DNA of 64,000 nucleotides from Eledone cirrhosa (lineage: Eukaryota), in the NCBI GenBank assembly GCA_964016885.1, contig OZ024740.1, forward strand, positions 392,708,001 through 392,772,000, in the 5' to 3' direction. Position 1 is the stretch's first letter, and each line of letters starts with the position of its first letter. The position numbers and the translations under genes were made by a program. Of the stretch, positions 27,101-44,297 are shown one piece after another. The notes below the pieces were generated by a model. It saw only the letters and a program-made list of their open reading frames with translations. It did no database searches and had not been told where the DNA came from.

Positions 27101-27585
27101 GTGCTACCGGGGGGCGCTGCCGGTTCGGGATAAACTCTACAGGCACGGAAGTGCTGTCAGACGAACCTGCCCGAGATGCGCGCAGAGCGACGAAACCGTT
27201 CTGCACGCACTCGTCCAGTGTCCGTGCATTGCTGACTTGTGGGGTTATGTCGAACAGCTATTGTCGCGTGTAGAACGGATCCGGCTATCGTCCGAGTCCA
27301 TAGTGAAGATTGACCCGCCGCCTTCTTTTGGTCAGGAAGGGCAGGCAATTTTCCTCTGTCTGGTGGCAGTAGCGAAAGAGGTTGCATGGTGGACCAGGTT
27401 GAAAGGACTGAAGACAGACACTTTTCTCTTCGGCCAATCCCTCATCAACTTCTTCAAGTTTCACTTGGAAAGGAAGGTGAGGGTGGAGAGAGAAGTGCTG
27501 CCCCCCCAGTACATTTGCTGAAAGGTGGGTGAATATGGCGAGAATGGCCCGCGTGAGTGGACCTACTCTGATCATGCGCCTGTAG
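24161..27585 (+). CDS. LINE ORF2 (apurinic-like endonuclease + reverse transcriptase + C-terminal CCHC); frameshifts at the G-run near 24975 and the C-run near 27500
   Basis: SLNVRGL, SET, GDWN, YIDR, SDH (APE); KSPGLDG, FRPITLLN, DQSKAFDRV, RQGCPLS, AYADD (RT); CPRC...ETVLHALVQC. Confidence 0.92.
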
Positions 27586-28074
27586 GCTGGTGAATTCGAG
27601 AAGGAGAGGGGTGCCCTTCCCGGGTGCCCTAGGAGCGTCGGGTGGCTCAGGACTGGTGGGGTGCTTGAGTCAACCCTGGGTGGTGATCCCTCTTATTGGG
27701 GAACTTTCATTGTTGTATTTTTATTGTTATTTTGTTTTTTGTTATTTATACTTACTCGATCTCTATGTAAACCCCCGCTGTCCCTGTCTATTGTGTTGTC
27801 CCCTATATGTCGGCCCTTGTGGCCAATAAATGAAATCATTATTATTATTATTATTTCTTTTTTTTATTTTTATTTTTCCTCGTGCAATGGCCATACTCGA
27901 TAACGAGGGGGCAGCCATCATGTATGTATGTATGTATGTATGTATGTATGTATCTATGTATGTATGTATGTATGTATGTATGTATGTATGTATGTTTGTG
28001 TATATATGTATGTATGTGTATGTATGTATGTATTTATGTATGTATGTATGTATGTATGAATGTGTATGTATGTA

Positions 28075-28117
<43 letters not shown>

Positions 28118-29617
28118 ATTTTGGAGTTGGAAGCAAAACTGATAGCAATTATAATGGCTTTACCAGCAAGAACGGAGTCAATTCTTTTAAAATGAAACTG
28201 CTTTTTCTTTACCAGTTGGTCATTGTATATATGAGTGGGATGTTTGTACATGCGTGTGTAGGAATCGTATGCGGGCACATCTTTTTTGAGAAGGATGGCG
28301 AAGTTTCCAAGTTAACGGCGGTCACCTTTGAATTACAACAGGTAAAGTAGCTGTGATTAAAGAAATGGGATGGGGTTAGTGAGAGGAATATTAAGTCTGA
28401 CTTAAATGTTAGTATGAGGTAGTAGGCCGGGTCTATGTTTAACCAAAGTATTTGGATGCTAGTGTAGAAGAAGAAATTCAACGCGAAGTAATAAGTTATG
28501 TTGAATTTCTCAATTTGAAATACTTTCAGGTTTTGAATAATCGCCCCCTTCCCTGCTTATTAATTTTGCAGACCTCCCCACCCTCCACACACACACGCTT
28601 ATTAAATTCTGCTAATCTATCTCCTCCGAAGTTTTATTGTAAATGATTCACCTTGATACAGCGGCTGGAGAATCTAATAATTTTATTTTGCATTTAGAAA
28701 ACATTATATATGACAGACAAAAAAAGAACATTATAAGAAATCCCATATTTACGAACGTACACTATACAATTACCGACCCCCCCCCCCCGCGCGCTTATAA
28801 GAATTTAAGAAAATGTACAACCCCCGCTTATTCCACCCTCCCTATTATTTGGGACCCGAGAGTATGTGAATCGACAGATTCGATAGAACGTCAGATAGAA
28901 TGCTTTACAATATTCGTTCAAGCTCTCTGAGATCCAATCCCACTGAGGTCAACTCTGCCTTTTGTCACAGGTCGATAAATGAATATCCCTGGGATTGCTT
29001 CTCAGTTTCTCTCCACTCTTATTTTCTCTGGAAGAAACCGGCTGTGGTCAGACATGGACTTATTCAGGAGTTAAGGGCTCGTCCATACTAACTTAGTATT
29101 AGGTAATCTCTTTGTTCGTAATACACACACAAACCGGTTCAATAATATAAGCATTCGTTTCATCGTTGAAACTTGTTTACAACTTGTTTACAATATGGTA
29201 AACTTCTCAGATACTGAATTCTTCCTTGCTGCGTATATTCTATAAAAATAGGTAAATTACATGACTTCATTGCTTTTATGTTCAAATACTTTATGATCAT
29301 TAAAAGAAATAAACTTATTACCAGTACAATGTAATTGTGTTCGTATAAGATCTCCGAAATCATTTTTGTTAATTTGTGGGTGTTTGTGAGTTTGAAAATG
29401 CTTGTTCATATATCTTTCTCTCTCTTTCTCTCTCTCTCTCTCTGTGGTCTGAACAACATGGCCGTAATGGAAATTTATTATTTTCATAAACATTTAATAT
29501 TTAATGGATTTTCCACTCTATCATATTCAATCAGAGAGATACGGAAAGCATAAATTGTAGTCCTTTATTTTTGGTGTCTTTATAGACATTAAAATACAAA
29601 TGTAATTGACTCTGTAT

Positions 29618-29792
29618 TTTATTTCTCGAGAATCAGTAACATATGTACCAGTAGTATACTGCTTTGGAACATCGGCTCCTGTACATAATTTGCGACCGTG
29701 CCACACGATAAATCCCTATATTATTAAATTTATTTGGCTGTGTGGTTAAAGAGTTAACTCTACTACCACGTTGCACACAGGACTATATCTAT
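29618..29792 (+). repeat. 175-bp direct duplication (second copy 31904-32078) bracketing a Helitron region
   Basis: Near-identical sequence at offset 2286. Confidence 0.9.
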
Positions 29793-29855
29793 AGCCTCGG
29801 GTTGAACAACTCCTTGTGAGTGAAATTTAGGAGACGAAAATTGCTAAAGTCCTTC

Positions 29856-29893
<38 letters not shown>

Positions 29894-29933
29894 ATATATA
29901 TGTATATTGTATATATATTTGTATATATATGTA

Positions 29934-31525
29934 TCTATACTATAAAGCTGACGGCCGTATGTAGGTAACAAACCTTTCGCCAAACGGCTGGACCAAACAG
30001 CACCAAATTTGCACTATAGATGTAACTTTTTCCAAGTAAAAACGTGAAGGTATTTCTGTCTACTGAATTTTTTTAAAAGGTTAAAGACATTATTTAAATA
30101 TTCAGGATTGGCAGTATCGGTAGAGAGTTGGACACCATGCTTTGCAGCATAGAGTTACAGTCCTGTATCGTCTGAGTTCAAATCCCACCGAGGTAAACTT
30201 TGCCTTTCATCCTTACGGGGTCGATAAAATAAAGTACCAGTAATGCACTGGGTAATTACTGGCCTTGTGCCAAAAGTAGAAACAATTATTTAAATATTCA
30301 CTTCTTTAAAATTTCAAATGTCAACACTTCCGGTTATACGTCATTCCTCACTTTTTCTTATGACGTCGCACAACATTCCCCTCTTTTTCTTTGTCTGTCT
30401 TTTTAGATAGATAAATAGCTATAACGCAGCGCCCTTATAATATGTCTCTGTATGTGTGACTGTCTGCATTAAATAAGGTTTTTCGAAATATTTACTTCTG
30501 CGTTCACAGACTGATTTTTTTTAGTTAAGGGTGAACGCAGCGATTCTTTGCCTAAACTTTAATGTTATTTTAATATATGTATATATATTCGTGTACAGAT
30601 AATTTTGCATACACAAAAACAAAAACCTATTTATTTCACGAAAGCACAGACTGCTTATCGTCATTGTTACTGTTCGAGGTTAGAGGGCCACATTCTTTCC
30701 AAGATCTGAGAACCATCAATGGCCACCAATGTTCCACTTACCGTTTGGCTTGCCAGATGCGTGGTATGTTACACGATGACAGCCATTGGCACCTCATCCT
30801 GCAAGAAGCAGCAACTGCTAAAGTCCCTTCTCAGCTGCGAAAACCTTTTGCTATCATGCTGCACAACTTCGATCTCGCAGACCCTCTCGCTATGTGGAAC
30901 AACCACCGCGAAAGTCTAGCTGAGAAATCCTCCACCGCACACGCAGACACAATCCGAACGTAACATACGATGTCGTTTTCGATGAGGCGCTCATTTGTCT
31001 TGAAAACAGTGTCCTGGAGATTGGTGGTAGGCCTCTAAGTCACTACAGCTTACCTGCTCCTGACAGGAGTGTCCAGAGGTCAACGCCTACAGAGCTTCTC
31101 CGTGAGACGAGCTACGAGATCAGTGCTTCTCCCATGGTCAATTGTATGTAGGATGCTCTAGGATGAGCTCGCCAAACAATCTCTTCATCTTTGCTCCGGA
31201 GGGCCGAACAAAAAATATTGTATACTCTGAGGGTCTAACAATGTAATTTAAATATTTTCTGTTACTTGGAATTTCCATTATGGTTGTACAAATTATTGTT
31301 TGTTAAAAAATTTGTTCTCTGTTCAGCCTTCATTGTTGTAACTATAAATTTTCTTTAACGTACTGGCTACTGAACTGGGGAATCCTAAAAACTATTCAAA
31401 CGCAATACCACCCCTCGCTGACTTGAGAGGGCGTGCGGTATCTTTGCACTGGAGTGGAGGGGGGATTCCTGAAAAGATAAAATGCCGGTATACCTAACCG
31501 GTTGCCAGCCGGACGGGTCAGCTAG
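29934..31525 (+). mobile_element. Internally deleted Helitron
   Basis: 5' A|TC start and 3' GC-rich end ending CTAG|T. Rep/Hel fragment LLLFEVRGPHSFQDLRTING...TYRLAC...GMLHDD..W...L.EA, plus the Pif1 motif SHGQLYVGCSR near 31130. Confidence 0.88.
30105..30290 (+). mobile_element. SINE inserted into the Helitron
   Basis: Same SINE family. 'attatttaaatattca' is duplicated on both flanks. Confidence 0.85.
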
Positions 31526-32075
31526 TATATATATAATTGTTCTCACCGATCCACATAACGACGTATTATCTTCGCTTTTTTCCGTTCATTGCCAGCGAAC
31601 GTCTTCACGAACAAAAGTATCGTCTTCCTGTTTTCGTTCGGCTGCCACGTTTTTCGAAATATTTACCTCTGCGTTCACAGATTGATTTTTTTTAGTTTCA
31701 GAAGATCCCGTTAAGGGTGAAAGCAGCGATTTTTGCTTAAACTTTAATCTGTTATTTTTATAAATATTTGCTCTAGGGTTTTTATATATTTGATATATAT
31801 TTATCCTTATCGAGCCCTCTTTGGAATTTAGTCTTCACATCTATTATTATTATTATTCTTGTGCCAAAAGTAGAAACAATTATTATTATTATTATTATTA
31901 TTATTTATTTCTCGAGAATCAGTAACATATGTACCAGTAGTATACTGCTTTGGAACATCGGCTCCTGTACATAATTTGTGACCGTGCCACACGATAAATC
32001 CCTATATTATTAAATCTATTTGGCTGTGTGGTTAAAGAGTTAACTCTACTACCACGTTGCACACAGGACTATATC

Positions 32076-32137
<62 letters not shown>

Positions 32138-32287
32138 TATATACTATAAAATATGTCCATAGAATCATTTGATAAGATATACACACCATTTCCTCTCCCA
32201 ATCAGCATAATCAACCACACAAAAAACCAATTAAACCAGGCTATAAGATTAAAAGGCACCTATGAAGAAATAATAGATAAATAATAG

Positions 32288-32357
<70 letters not shown>

Positions 32358-32652
32358 AATAAGAGTTGTTAAGAGGGGTTATTTCACACGTTTTAACTAC
32401 TCTTATTTGATAAATGAATGCTCCGTCACTCCTAACCATCAACCCTTACCCGGGATAAACTACTGCGACCGATAGGTAGTATTAGCAATGGAAAGACCAT
32501 ATATATGTATGTGTGTGGGTGTGTATATATGTGTATGTACACACATATACACACACATATATGTATAGTAATTCGAAGTTCGAGGGTAATCCGTATGTAA
32601 GCGCAAAACTAATGAAACTTCGTGTAATTGTAATCTCAGTGTTTGTCTTTTT

Positions 32653-32710
<58 letters not shown>

Positions 32711-32789
32711 ATAGTGATGACATTGATATATATATATATGTACACACACACACACACACACACAATAGAACCCTCTGTGTTCAGAGAAC

Positions 32790-33640
32790 GTGAGGCCGCC
32801 TGTGAGACGTGGGACCGGCTGGGACTTAGCCCAGTAGACTTATTCCTCCTTCTCCCCCTGTTGACATCAAGTCCCCCAAAGCACTTGGGATGCCATCCAG
32901 TGCAACCTGGCCTCAGAAAGGCTCACGCGCCAGCTCGACCAGCACCGTTTTCGTGCGGCCTCCAAACCCCACAGTGGTGCCTGGCTCTATGCTCTGCCCT
33001 CCTTCTCCACTGGCACGCAGCTAGACAACAATAGCCTGCTCATCAGCGTTTCCTTGAGGCTCGGCCTCCAGATCTGCCAGCCACACCAATGTCGCTGCAG
33101 ATCCACCGTGGACTCTTTCGGTTTCCACCCGCTTTCCTGTCTCCACAGTGCCGGCCGCCTTCCACGCCATACTGCCCGCAACGAGGTCATAAAGTATGGC
33201 TTGGACGCTGCAGGCTTCCCTTCTCAGCTCAAGCCGGTGGGGCTGGACCGAGGGAACGGCAAAAGGCCAGATGGCATGAACATCTTCCCGTTCCGCGGTG
33301 GAAAACCCCTCGTCTGGGATGCCACTTGCACCGACACTTTCTGCAACTACAACTTGGTGCATTTTGCGACTAACCCAGGTTCTGCTGCACGTCGGGCTGA
33401 GGAGGCCAAACTCCTCAAATACCGGTCGCTCTCCGACAGGTTTGCAGTTGTACCCCTGGCAGTGGAGACTTCTGGTGTCCTCGGCCCTAGGGATACCTCC
33501 CTACTCACCACCATAGGCGCTGAGCTGGCCAGCCGCAGGTGTGAGCCCCGCGATTTGGAGTGGCTTTTCCAGCGCGTCTATTGCTGTACTTCGGGGAAAC
33601 GCCTTCTCCATTCTGTCCGGCGGGGCTGTGGGGAGACAAG
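32790..33640 (+). mobile_element. CRE-like non-LTR retrotransposon 3' part
   Basis: HSGAWL.ALP, CRC..VD..G.H.LSC...GR..RH, KRPDG..FPF.GGK.LVWDATCTDT and PLAVETSG motifs. Confidence 0.82.
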
Positions 33641-34669
33641 CCGATTATATTACGAATTCTGTTGAATAGTCCTAAATACGATTATTAAGAGATTAATTAT
33701 TTTATTTTATATTCTTGTTTGTTCGTGTCTGTGTCGCAGCTTATTTGTTTGATAAATAGAGATGAATGAAATATATACCAAACTTGAAAAAAGTACTGGA
33801 GACGATACGATCGACTAGAACCCTTAAAGACAATACCCTGCATGCCCGCAGTCTAATGGCTGAAACCTGTAAATCTATAAAATAAAATAACATTACAGTC
33901 CAATATATCGTGCTTAATTTGACATTTCGAATCTATATCAACTATTTGCAAGATTGTTGTTTCAAGTTTGGCGTGACGTTGTCTTAATGTTTTAAGGGTA
34001 ATCTGACCATTGGCCTTGTCTGTTCTGTAATTGTGTGCCTGTATTTATTCAATAGATTAGTGATGTCATGGGTATCACTTAAGTTGATGCCTTCTTAAAG
34101 ATTGAATTAATACACATACATATACACTCACACACGTCCTTATACACACAGACGCGCGCACATATTCTACAACCTCCTGGATAGAGCAAAAACAGTTTCT
34201 CCATTGAAGAAAATTTACATTTAATTACTGACTCAATGAACATAGCTGTAAATGGGTGTGATTAGCAACAACTGATGCAATAGATGGCAAAACTGTATAA
34301 TTAAAGTGTTTCGTTAGCTTTCAAAGCATGAAGCTGAACGTATGCATCGGAAATTTATTGATGGATGGACAACTGTTGTGGGTTACGTGATTCTCACCAG
34401 AGATGTTTGTTTGGAGAAATAATCCTTTTTAACATTTCTAAGAATGTTGAAATAATGATTTCTGACATATACAACAAACCTCTCAAACTATTATTCTCCA
34501 TTCCACTAGTATCGCCATGCAAATTCGCCGAGGAAGAAGCAGGCAAAACTTCATCAATTACACATTGCTGCCATAAAAAAGATAGGATGTTTATGGTTTG
34601 TATGCGGATATAAGTTGTAACGATGAAAGAATGGTATTTAACTAATGTATTGGTACGTGATGGGGCCCA

Positions 34670-35465
34670 CCCACAGCCCCGGTGGACAGAATGGAGAAGG
34701 CGTTTCCCCGGAGGATGGTAAGGGAGATGCGCTGGAAGAACCATTCTATCTCGCGAGGATTACACCTGCGGCTGGCCAGCTCAGCGCCTATGGTGGTGAG
34801 TAAGGAGATAGCCCTGGGGCCGAAGACACCAGAGGTTTCCACTGCCAGGAGAACGATCGCAAACCTGTCGGAGAGCGACCGGTATTTGAGGAGTATGGCC
34901 CCCTCAGCCCGCGGTGCAGCAGAACCTGGGTCAGTCGCAGACTGCACCAGGTTGCGGCTGCAGAAAGTATCGGTGCAAGTGGCATCCCAGACGAGGGGTT
35001 TGCCACCGCGGAACGGGAAGATGGTCATGCCATCTGGCCTTTTGCCGTCCCCTCGATCCAGCCCCACTGGCTCGAGCTGGGAAGGGAAGCCTGCAGCGTC
35101 CAAGCCATGGTTAATGACCTCGTTGAGGGCAGTATGGCGTGGAATGCGGCCGGCACTGTGGCGACAGGAAAGCGAGTGGAGGCCGAAAGAGTCCACGGTG
35201 GGACCGCAGCGACATTGGTGTGGCTGGCAGATCCGGAGGCCGAGCCTCAGGGAAACGTCGATTCGCAGGCTATGGTTGTCTAGCTGCGTGCCAGTGGAGA
35301 AAGAGGGCAGAGCATGGAGCCAGGCACCACTGTGGGATTTGGAGGCCGCACGAAAACAAGCAAGGCGGTGCTGGTCGAGCTGGCGCGTGAGCCTGTCTGA
35401 GGCCATGCTGCACTGGATGGCATCCCAAGTGCGTTGGGGGGACTGTTCGGTCAGGACTACTTGGG
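34670..35465 (-). mobile_element. CRE-like non-LTR retrotransposon 3' part (open reading frame)
   Basis: The 34642..35406 ORF has the same CCHC and REL motifs. Tail-to-tail with the 32.8 kb copy. Confidence 0.85.
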
Positions 35466-36037
35466 ACTAAACAACTTCGATCGTTCTATATCAACATGGC
35501 AACTAGTCTCTTCTTTTATTCCAAAGTAATCTGCTCCAGTAACGTCCTTCCAACACAAAAGCCTTCAACCTATCTCTCTTACTCTACAGAAGTCTATCCT
35601 GATTAATGGAAACCATTATTGAAATTTACCTACGGAATTAACATGAGATTGTTGTACTTAAATTCTGAAAGTCGCCGAGTGTGACTCATCCTATTCCAAT
35701 GCTTTCAGCTTTGCTATCAATTATTCTGAAAGTTGACACACAAGCATGCATTTTGAGTGAGAGGTCCACTGGATTGAATCGATCCTAAGACATAATTCGG
35801 TAGATGAAAGACAAATCAATCAAAACCTGAAGGGTCATAACTAAATGCTACAAAGTATTCAGAGCGATAACAGATTTAATAGAAGAGGACTGGAAGTACA
35901 CTACACTGCTACCATTTGCCTCAGAAAAGACTCTTTAGCCCAACTCCACCTGTCGAACGTAATTTTTGTTCACCGTAATTTTTGTTCACCGGGATCTCTG
36001 ATCGAGATATCTCCCTTGTTTGTTCTTGTTATTATAA

Positions 36038-36225
36038 TGGATTGGCAGTATCGGTAGAGGGTCTGACGCCATGCTTTGCAGAAAAGAGTTACGGCTCTTT
36101 ATGGTCTGACTTCAAATCCCGCAGAGGTTAACTTTACCTTTCATCCTTACGGGGTCGATAAAATAAAGTACCAGTAATACACTCGGGTAATTGCTGGCCT
36201 TGTGCCAAAAGTAGAAACAGTTATT
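36038..36225 (+). mobile_element. tRNA-derived SINE
   Basis: Same family core and tail as the other SINEs. Confidence 0.85.
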
Positions 36226-37470
36226 CTAATGAGATATGAATTTATTCTGTATCCGTCCCAAATGCTTGTATTTTATTTCCGGGTTGGAATCAGGCATCCT
36301 CTACATTTTGTAGTTTCTCAATCTCCATTTTCTCCCAGGCAATACTGAGCATGGAAACACATACAAGAAAAAACGCGAGCGTGTATGCAACAAACATACA
36401 TATACATGTACACACACATACACAAACATTCTTTTGAATTTCCGTTTTGAGTTGTAATGCATATCTGCCCGTCATTGAACAGTTCCAGCAGCACATTATC
36501 TTTTAATGAGAAAATGTTGCTAGCCCTTCATTCGGCCTTTCTCCATTTCTGGAGAAAACGATTTTATGAGTTGTCTTCCATAGCCATTTTTACAGCATTT
36601 CACAACGCGCAGCCGATTTAGAGCAAGAGAGAGAGAAATAAATAAATAAATAAAGAGAGAGAGAGAGAGAGAGTCAACATTATTAATTGGCGGGTATTTT
36701 ATTTTTTGATATTAGAAGAATAAAAGATAAATTTGGCGTTAATGGGATTTGAACTCAGAACTCAGAGCGCAGAGATCCAGAACAAATGCCACAAAGCAGT
36801 CTAATGACTCAGATATAGATATACTACATGAAATTTCCACTATCAATGCTTCGAACAATCACATAAATAAAAGCAAACAAGACCGGACTGCTGGCCAAAA
36901 TAGCTATAATTCACACACTTTTCAGTGTCATGTGTCAAATAACCAATTTCATCCGAGTTTATATAAATATCCTTTAGCCAATACACACAATTGCCAAATG
37001 GCCAACATTATCATATGGTAGTACAACACAGGTTGTATGTAAGTAGTGTAATAGATAAGTTGTTTCATTAACTTGATATGCTGAGTTCAGATCCTTCCTT
37101 TGATTGTTGTTGTTGTTTAACCCAGATCTGTCCTTTTTTGAGACTTAGTGTATACTGGACCACCTTATCCAATAATTTCGTCCTTTGAAAGATAGATTAA
37201 ATTAAAGTTCGATGGAAATTCGGCTATTATTTTTTGCAAGTAAAATGACCGTATTGATTTCGTTTTGTTACCTGAATGTTGCATGGGTGTATATAAATTC
37301 TGTGAATCTGATTTATCATAAGTTACTCAACATAAATATAAAGACTTTGAGTGGCATTCCATACAAACTTCAAGGATGAACAGTAGTGGTTTATTGTGTA
37401 AATGATTGTATATTTCCTGTCAATAATTCTAAGACGACATTTTCTAAATAACAATTATTTATATTCGCAG

Positions 37471-37531
37471 TTTCACCATTTTTCTTTCTGGTTCCATGGA
37501 TTATTGTCAGAATCGTATATGAAAATTATTA
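37471..37531 (+). CDS. Class B GPCR coding exon (TM4, 61 nt)
   Basis: tcgcAG|...|GTaagt, phase 1 to phase 2. Translates (L)SPFFFLVPWIIVRIVYENY, continuing GW-x-x-P...W...R of TM4. Confidence 0.93.
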
Positions 37532-38022
37532 GTAAGTCTACCTTTTCTTTTTATTTTATTCCTTGTTATCGTCCCCTCTTCTTTCTGTCTCCTCTATCTC
37601 CCCCTATCCCAGTCTGTATTTCCTCCTCTTCCGCTTCCCTCTTCTCTCTGTCTATTTTTTTTTTCTTCTTTGTGTCGCGAATAATATCCTTTCATCATCA
37701 ACTGATCTCTTATGTTCTGAGTGCAAATCCTGTCACGGTCAACTTTCCTTTTCATCCTTCCGAGCTCGCTAAAAGATATTACAGACAGATCAACAACTGG
37801 GTTCGATTTAATCAAGTTTCCTCTTTACCCAATTTGTTGGCCTTATGGCTAAATTAGAAACAAGCCTCCCCCCCATTATCATCTATACACATATACGGGC
37901 ACCCCCACATACATATATATAATATTGAAACGAAGTCATCGGAAGAACCGGTGTATCTCCAATCGTTCTGTCACTCACTCAATGTTTTAATTAAGCCAGC
38001 ATCATTAGGATACCAACCAAAG

Positions 38023-38130
38023 GAAAGCAGAGTGTACACTTATACCTTAATAGTGAGAGAAAGCAGAGTGTACACTAATACCTTAATAGTGAGAGAAAGC
38101 AGAGTGTACACTAATACCTTAATAGTGAGA
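38023..38130 (+). repeat. 36-bp tandem repeat, three copies
   Basis: gaaagcagagtgtacactaataccttaatagtgaga at 38023, 38059 and 38095. Confidence 0.9.
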
Positions 38131-38154
38131 GACACGATTTCGTGTGGGTAGAGA

Positions 38155-38200
<46 letters not shown>

Positions 38201-38321
38201 TTATATATATAAATGAAACAGTTCTAGTCCCGTAGAAGCTAATCTATATTAAAACATTTATACTCTGCTATGTATTGAGTACCTTACTTACTGTGGTTAC
38301 CCCCGATTGGACACGTAATAA

Positions 38322-42552
<4,231 letters not shown>

Positions 42553-43111
42553 TAAGTAAAGGATCAGGTAGTTTTCATTTTTTGTTGGTAATATCAGACT
42601 TGCGAATGATTATGTAACAGTTAATGAAATGTCAACTTACCGGATGGGTCACTCAACATGTATAATTGAATAGAGCGAGATAATATTCCAGGTGTTAATC
42701 ATCAGGTTCCAATAATTCACGGAGTACGTATAATTAATGTGTTACGAAAAACATACAAGGCCAGATTAGAAAAAATATGATTTAATTATACATTTTTATA
42801 TGTTTCGTTATTAAGTTATGTCACTGTCTACGGGTTTCTTGAGAATATTTCTATTTTTGATCTCAATTGTATTGCAGAAATGATCGCAAATATTGATATT
42901 TCCTAACAAATGCGTAGATAGAGACAGAGAATATACTCAATAATGAAACATATGTGTGTGTACGTGTGTGTAACAACAGTTACAGGCGGCACGCCGTTCG
43001 AAACACTCAATGCTGTTACGAGGTCCGTTTCGTTTGGGTTGTATTCCAGTGTTACGACTGCGGTGTGTAGAGTGTAATTAGATTTAAAAGTCAGTATTGC
43101 AGTATATGATT

Positions 43112-43346
43112 AAACTTTATTTGCATATTACAACTGTTTCAATATCGATCACCTCAGGGTATAATTACGGTGTTGGGTCCCGATTCTTTTTCGATATCTC
43201 GTCAGTTATATGTGCAGTTTAAATGTACCTTTGTGCATATAAGCTGACATATCTGATAATATATCGAAAACGGGTAGGGCCTCGTCACTTTAATTGTGCC
43301 CTGAGCTGATCAATATCGAAACAATTGTAATATGCAAATAAAGTTT
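43112..43346. repeat. Imperfect 235-bp hairpin
   Basis: aaactttatttgcatattacaa ... ttgtaatatgcaaataaagttt ends, with internal complementarity. Confidence 0.75.
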
Positions 43347-43870
43347 GTATATATGCTGCTACACTCATATATATATTATTCAAAATATTAATAAATGAAA
43401 AATATTCTCATAATCAAAATATATATTTTATTATACATATTTCAAAGGTACAATGGTGTTTAAGTGCGTTTTCATCAGACAAAATATAAGATTTGATATG
43501 TGACATACCACTATGGATTTGATTATTCAATTCCAGTATTGGCAGTGATTTATTTCACCAACTTTCAACGTTTTTATACCACAAATAATATGATAAACTT
43601 AAAGAAGAAAAGGACGTAGAGCAAGGTAGAAATATAGAAGGGGGATGCAAAGAAGAGGAAAAGGCAAGAAATAAACCAATAAATAAATAAATAAATGAAT
43701 AAATGAATAAATGAATAAAAGAAGAAAAAAAGATGTAAGAGAAAAGAGGAATAAATACAAAAGAGAGGGAAGATGTGGGGAGAATAAAGAGAAAACGAAA
43801 GGGAATAAAGAAAAACGAAGAAAAGGAAAAGGAAAAGGAAAAGATGAAATAGAGGGGAGAATAAAAACCG

Positions 43871-43910
<40 letters not shown>

Positions 43911-44297
43911 CAGAGAATGTCTGTCTGTCTGTCTGTGTGAATGTTTTGAGCAAAAAAATATTTCAAAATTTCAATGCTCTAGGGACCGCATTAGGCGCCG
44001 GTTTGCGATCTCTCTATCTTTCTTAGTTTGTCTTTTTAGATAGATACATAGCTATAAGGTCGCGCCTTTATAATATCTGTCTGTATTTCTGGCTGTCTGC
44101 ATTACGAAATTATGACACTATCTGTGTGTGTGTATATATGTATATATATAGTGTGTGTGTGTATATATATATAGTGTGTAACGTTCATCGAAATATTTAC
44201 TTCTGCGTTCACAGATTGATTTTTTTAGTTTCAGAAGATCCCGTTAAGGGTGAAAGCAGCGATTCTTCGCTTAAACTTTAATTTGTTATTTTAATAT

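Larger units (their letters stand above)
22016..27837 (+). mobile_element. Near full-length L1/Tx1-type non-LTR retrotransposon
   Basis: ORF1 with a zinc knuckle, ORF2 with APE-RT-zinc finger, AATAAA near 27825, and (ATT)n at both ends. Confidence 0.93.

Noticed and set aside
22216-27575. Antisense ORFs over the L1/Tx1 element
   Set aside because: They are shadows of the GC-rich or low-complexity sense ORFs.
38023-38130. 36-bp repeats of CRISPR-like length
   Set aside because: They are contiguous tandem copies with no spacers, in a eukaryotic intron.
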